Positions 62,101 through 64,000 of a stretch of DNA of 64,000 bases are shown here, piece after piece; position 1 is the first letter of the stretch; each line of letters starts with the position of its first letter. The translations under genes were made by a program, and so were the position numbers. Source of the stretch: Cyanophora paradoxa CCMP329 (lineage: Eukaryota; Plantae; Glaucophyta); contig QPMI01000306.1 of assembly GCA_004431415.1 (NCBI GenBank), forward strand, positions 4,203 through 68,202, read 5' to 3'. The notes below the pieces were generated by a model. The model was given only the letters and a program-made list of their open reading frames with translations, ran no database searches and had not been told where the DNA came from.

Positions 62101-64000
62101 CCTTCTATGTTGTGGCGGATCGGAAACCTGGGGACTTTGACTGAGTGGCTTGCTGGTGGGTGGGTTCATCTGCCTAAGGCTAGCGCCTTGTGCAGATTCC
62201 CCCAGAGAGATTTGGGGTGCATCCATCTTCTTTTTTGTGGCGGATCAGAAACCTGGGGCCTTTGACTGAGTGGCTTGCTGGTGGGTGGGTTCATCTTCCT
62301 AAGGCTAGCGCCTTGTGCATATTCCCCCAGAGAGATTTGGAGTGCATCCATCTTCTATTTTGCGGCAAATCAGAAACCTGGGGCCTTTAACTGAGTGATT
62401 TGCTGGTGGGTGGGTTCATCTGCCTAAGGCTAGCGCCTTGTGCATATTCCCCCAGAAAGATTTGGGGTGCATCCATCTTCTATTTTGTGGCGGATCAGAA
62501 ACCTGGGGCCTTTGACTGAGTGGCTTGCTGGTGGGTGGGTTCATCTTCCTAAGGCTAGCGCCTTGTGCATATTCCCCCAGAGAGATTTGGAGTGCATCCA
62601 TCTTCTATTTTGCGGCGGATCGGAAACCTGTGGCCTTTAACTGAGTGGCTTGCTGGTGGGTGGGTTCATCTGCCTAAGGCTAGCGCCTTGTGCAGATTCC
62701 CCCAGAGAGATTTGGGGTGCATCCATCTTCTTTTTTGTGGCGGATCAGAAACCTGGGGCCTTTGACTGAGTGGCTTGCTGGTGGATGGGTTCATCTTCCT
62801 AAGGCTAGCGCCTTGTGCATATTCCCCCAGAGAGATTTGGAGTGCATCCATCTTCTATTTTGCGGCGGATCGGAAACCTGTGGCCTTTAACTGAGTGATT
62901 TGCTGGTGGGTGGGTTCATCTGCCTAAGGCTAGCGCCTTGTGCATATTCCCCCAGAAAGATTTGGAGTGCATCCATCTTCTATTTTGTGGCGGATCAGAA
63001 ACCTGGGGCCTTTGACTGAGTGGCTTGCTGGTGGGTGGGTTCATCTTTCTGAGGCTAGCGCCTTGTGCATATTCCCCCAGAAAGATTTGGAGTGCATCCA
63101 TCTTCTATTTTGTGGCGGATCGGAAACCTGGGGACTTTGACTGAGTGGCTTGCTGGTGGGTGGGTTCATCTGCCTAAGGCTAGCGCCTTGTGCATATTCC
63201 TCCAGAGAGATTTGGGGTGCATCCATCTTCTTTTTTGTGGCGGATCAGAAACCTGGGGCCTTTGACTGAGTGGCTTGCTGGTGGGTGGGTTCATCTTCCT
63301 AAGGCTAGCGCCTTGTGCATATTCCCCCAGAGAGATTTGGAGTGCATCCATCTTCTATTTTGTGGCGGACCAGAAACCTGGGGCCTTTGACTGAGTGATT
63401 TGCTGGTGGGTGGGTTCATCTGCCTAAGGCTAGCGCCTTGTGCATATTCCCCCAGAGAGATTTGGGGTGCATCTTCTTCTATGTTGTGGCGGATCGGAAA
63501 CCTGGGGACTTTGACTGAGTGGCTTGCTGGTGGGTGGGTTCATCTGCCTAAGGCTAGCGCCTTGTGCAGATTCCCCCAGAGAGATTTGGGGTGCATCCAT
63601 CTTCTATTTTGTGGCGGATCAGAAACCTGGGGCCTTTGACTGAGTGGCTTGCTGGTGGGTGGGTTCATCTTCCTAAGGCTAGCGCCTTGTGCATATTCCC
63701 CCAGAGAGATTTGGAGTGCATCCATCTTCTATTTTGCGGCGGATCAGAAACCTGGGGCCTTTAACTGAGTGATTTGCTGGTGGGTGGGTTCATCTGCCTA
63801 AGGCTAGCGCCTTGTGCATATTCCCCCAGAAAGATTTGGGTGCATCCATCTTCTATTTTGTGGCGGATCAGAAACCTGGGGCCTTTGACTGAGTGGCTTG
63901 CTGGTGGGTGGGTTCATCTTCCTAAGGCTAGCGCCTTGTGCATATTCCCCCAGAGAGATTTGGAGTGCATCCATCTTCTATTTTGCGGCGGATCGGAAAC
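56144..64000 (+). repeat. Homogeneous 125-bp variant of the satellite, continuing past the window end
   Basis: ORFs recur every 125 bp (57071, 57196, 57321, 57446); diagnostic GGGTTCATC and GCATCCATC. Confidence 0.98.

Noticed and set aside
1-64000. CRISPR array interpretation of the regular repeats
   Set aside because: Monomers are contiguous with no unique spacers of regular length, there are no cas genes, and the context is eukaryotic.
56144-64000. Dozens of 61-79-aa ORFs ([11 protein letters not shown]..., MDALQISLGEY...) as a peptide gene family
   Set aside because: They recur at the satellite period on both strands and shift frame with homopolymer indels; they are translation artefacts.

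Overview
Eukaryotic, repeat-dominated window that looks heterochromatic or centromere-like. Spliceosomal GT-AG introns of about 45-62 nt point to an alga/protist-like host, but the species cannot be determined from sequence. About 40% of the window is a 124/125-bp satellite in many arrays with switching orientation. There is also a 146-147-bp satellite and a related ~206-bp repeat. Between the arrays are nested, decayed mobile elements: at least 3-4 related Ty3/Gypsy families (called A-D here), an intron-containing hAT transposase relic, a Harbinger-like MITE, a LINE 3' fragment and a possible virus-like fragment. The Gypsy lineage has short LTRs, tRNA-Lys or tRNA-Leu primer sites, a conserved -1 frameshift hairpin and a dUTPase-like insert. 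It also has an internally duplicated RNase H segment together with a non-purine 'PPT'. Three apparently intact, co-oriented glycosylation genes lie in this region, each bracketed by satellite-derived sequence: a nucleotide-sugar transporter, the NDP-rhamnose epimerase/reductase NRS/ER, and an intronless GT-B glycosyltransferase. Nearly all short ORFs in the ORF track are satellite artefacts. All family assignments are from motif recognition by eye, not database searches.
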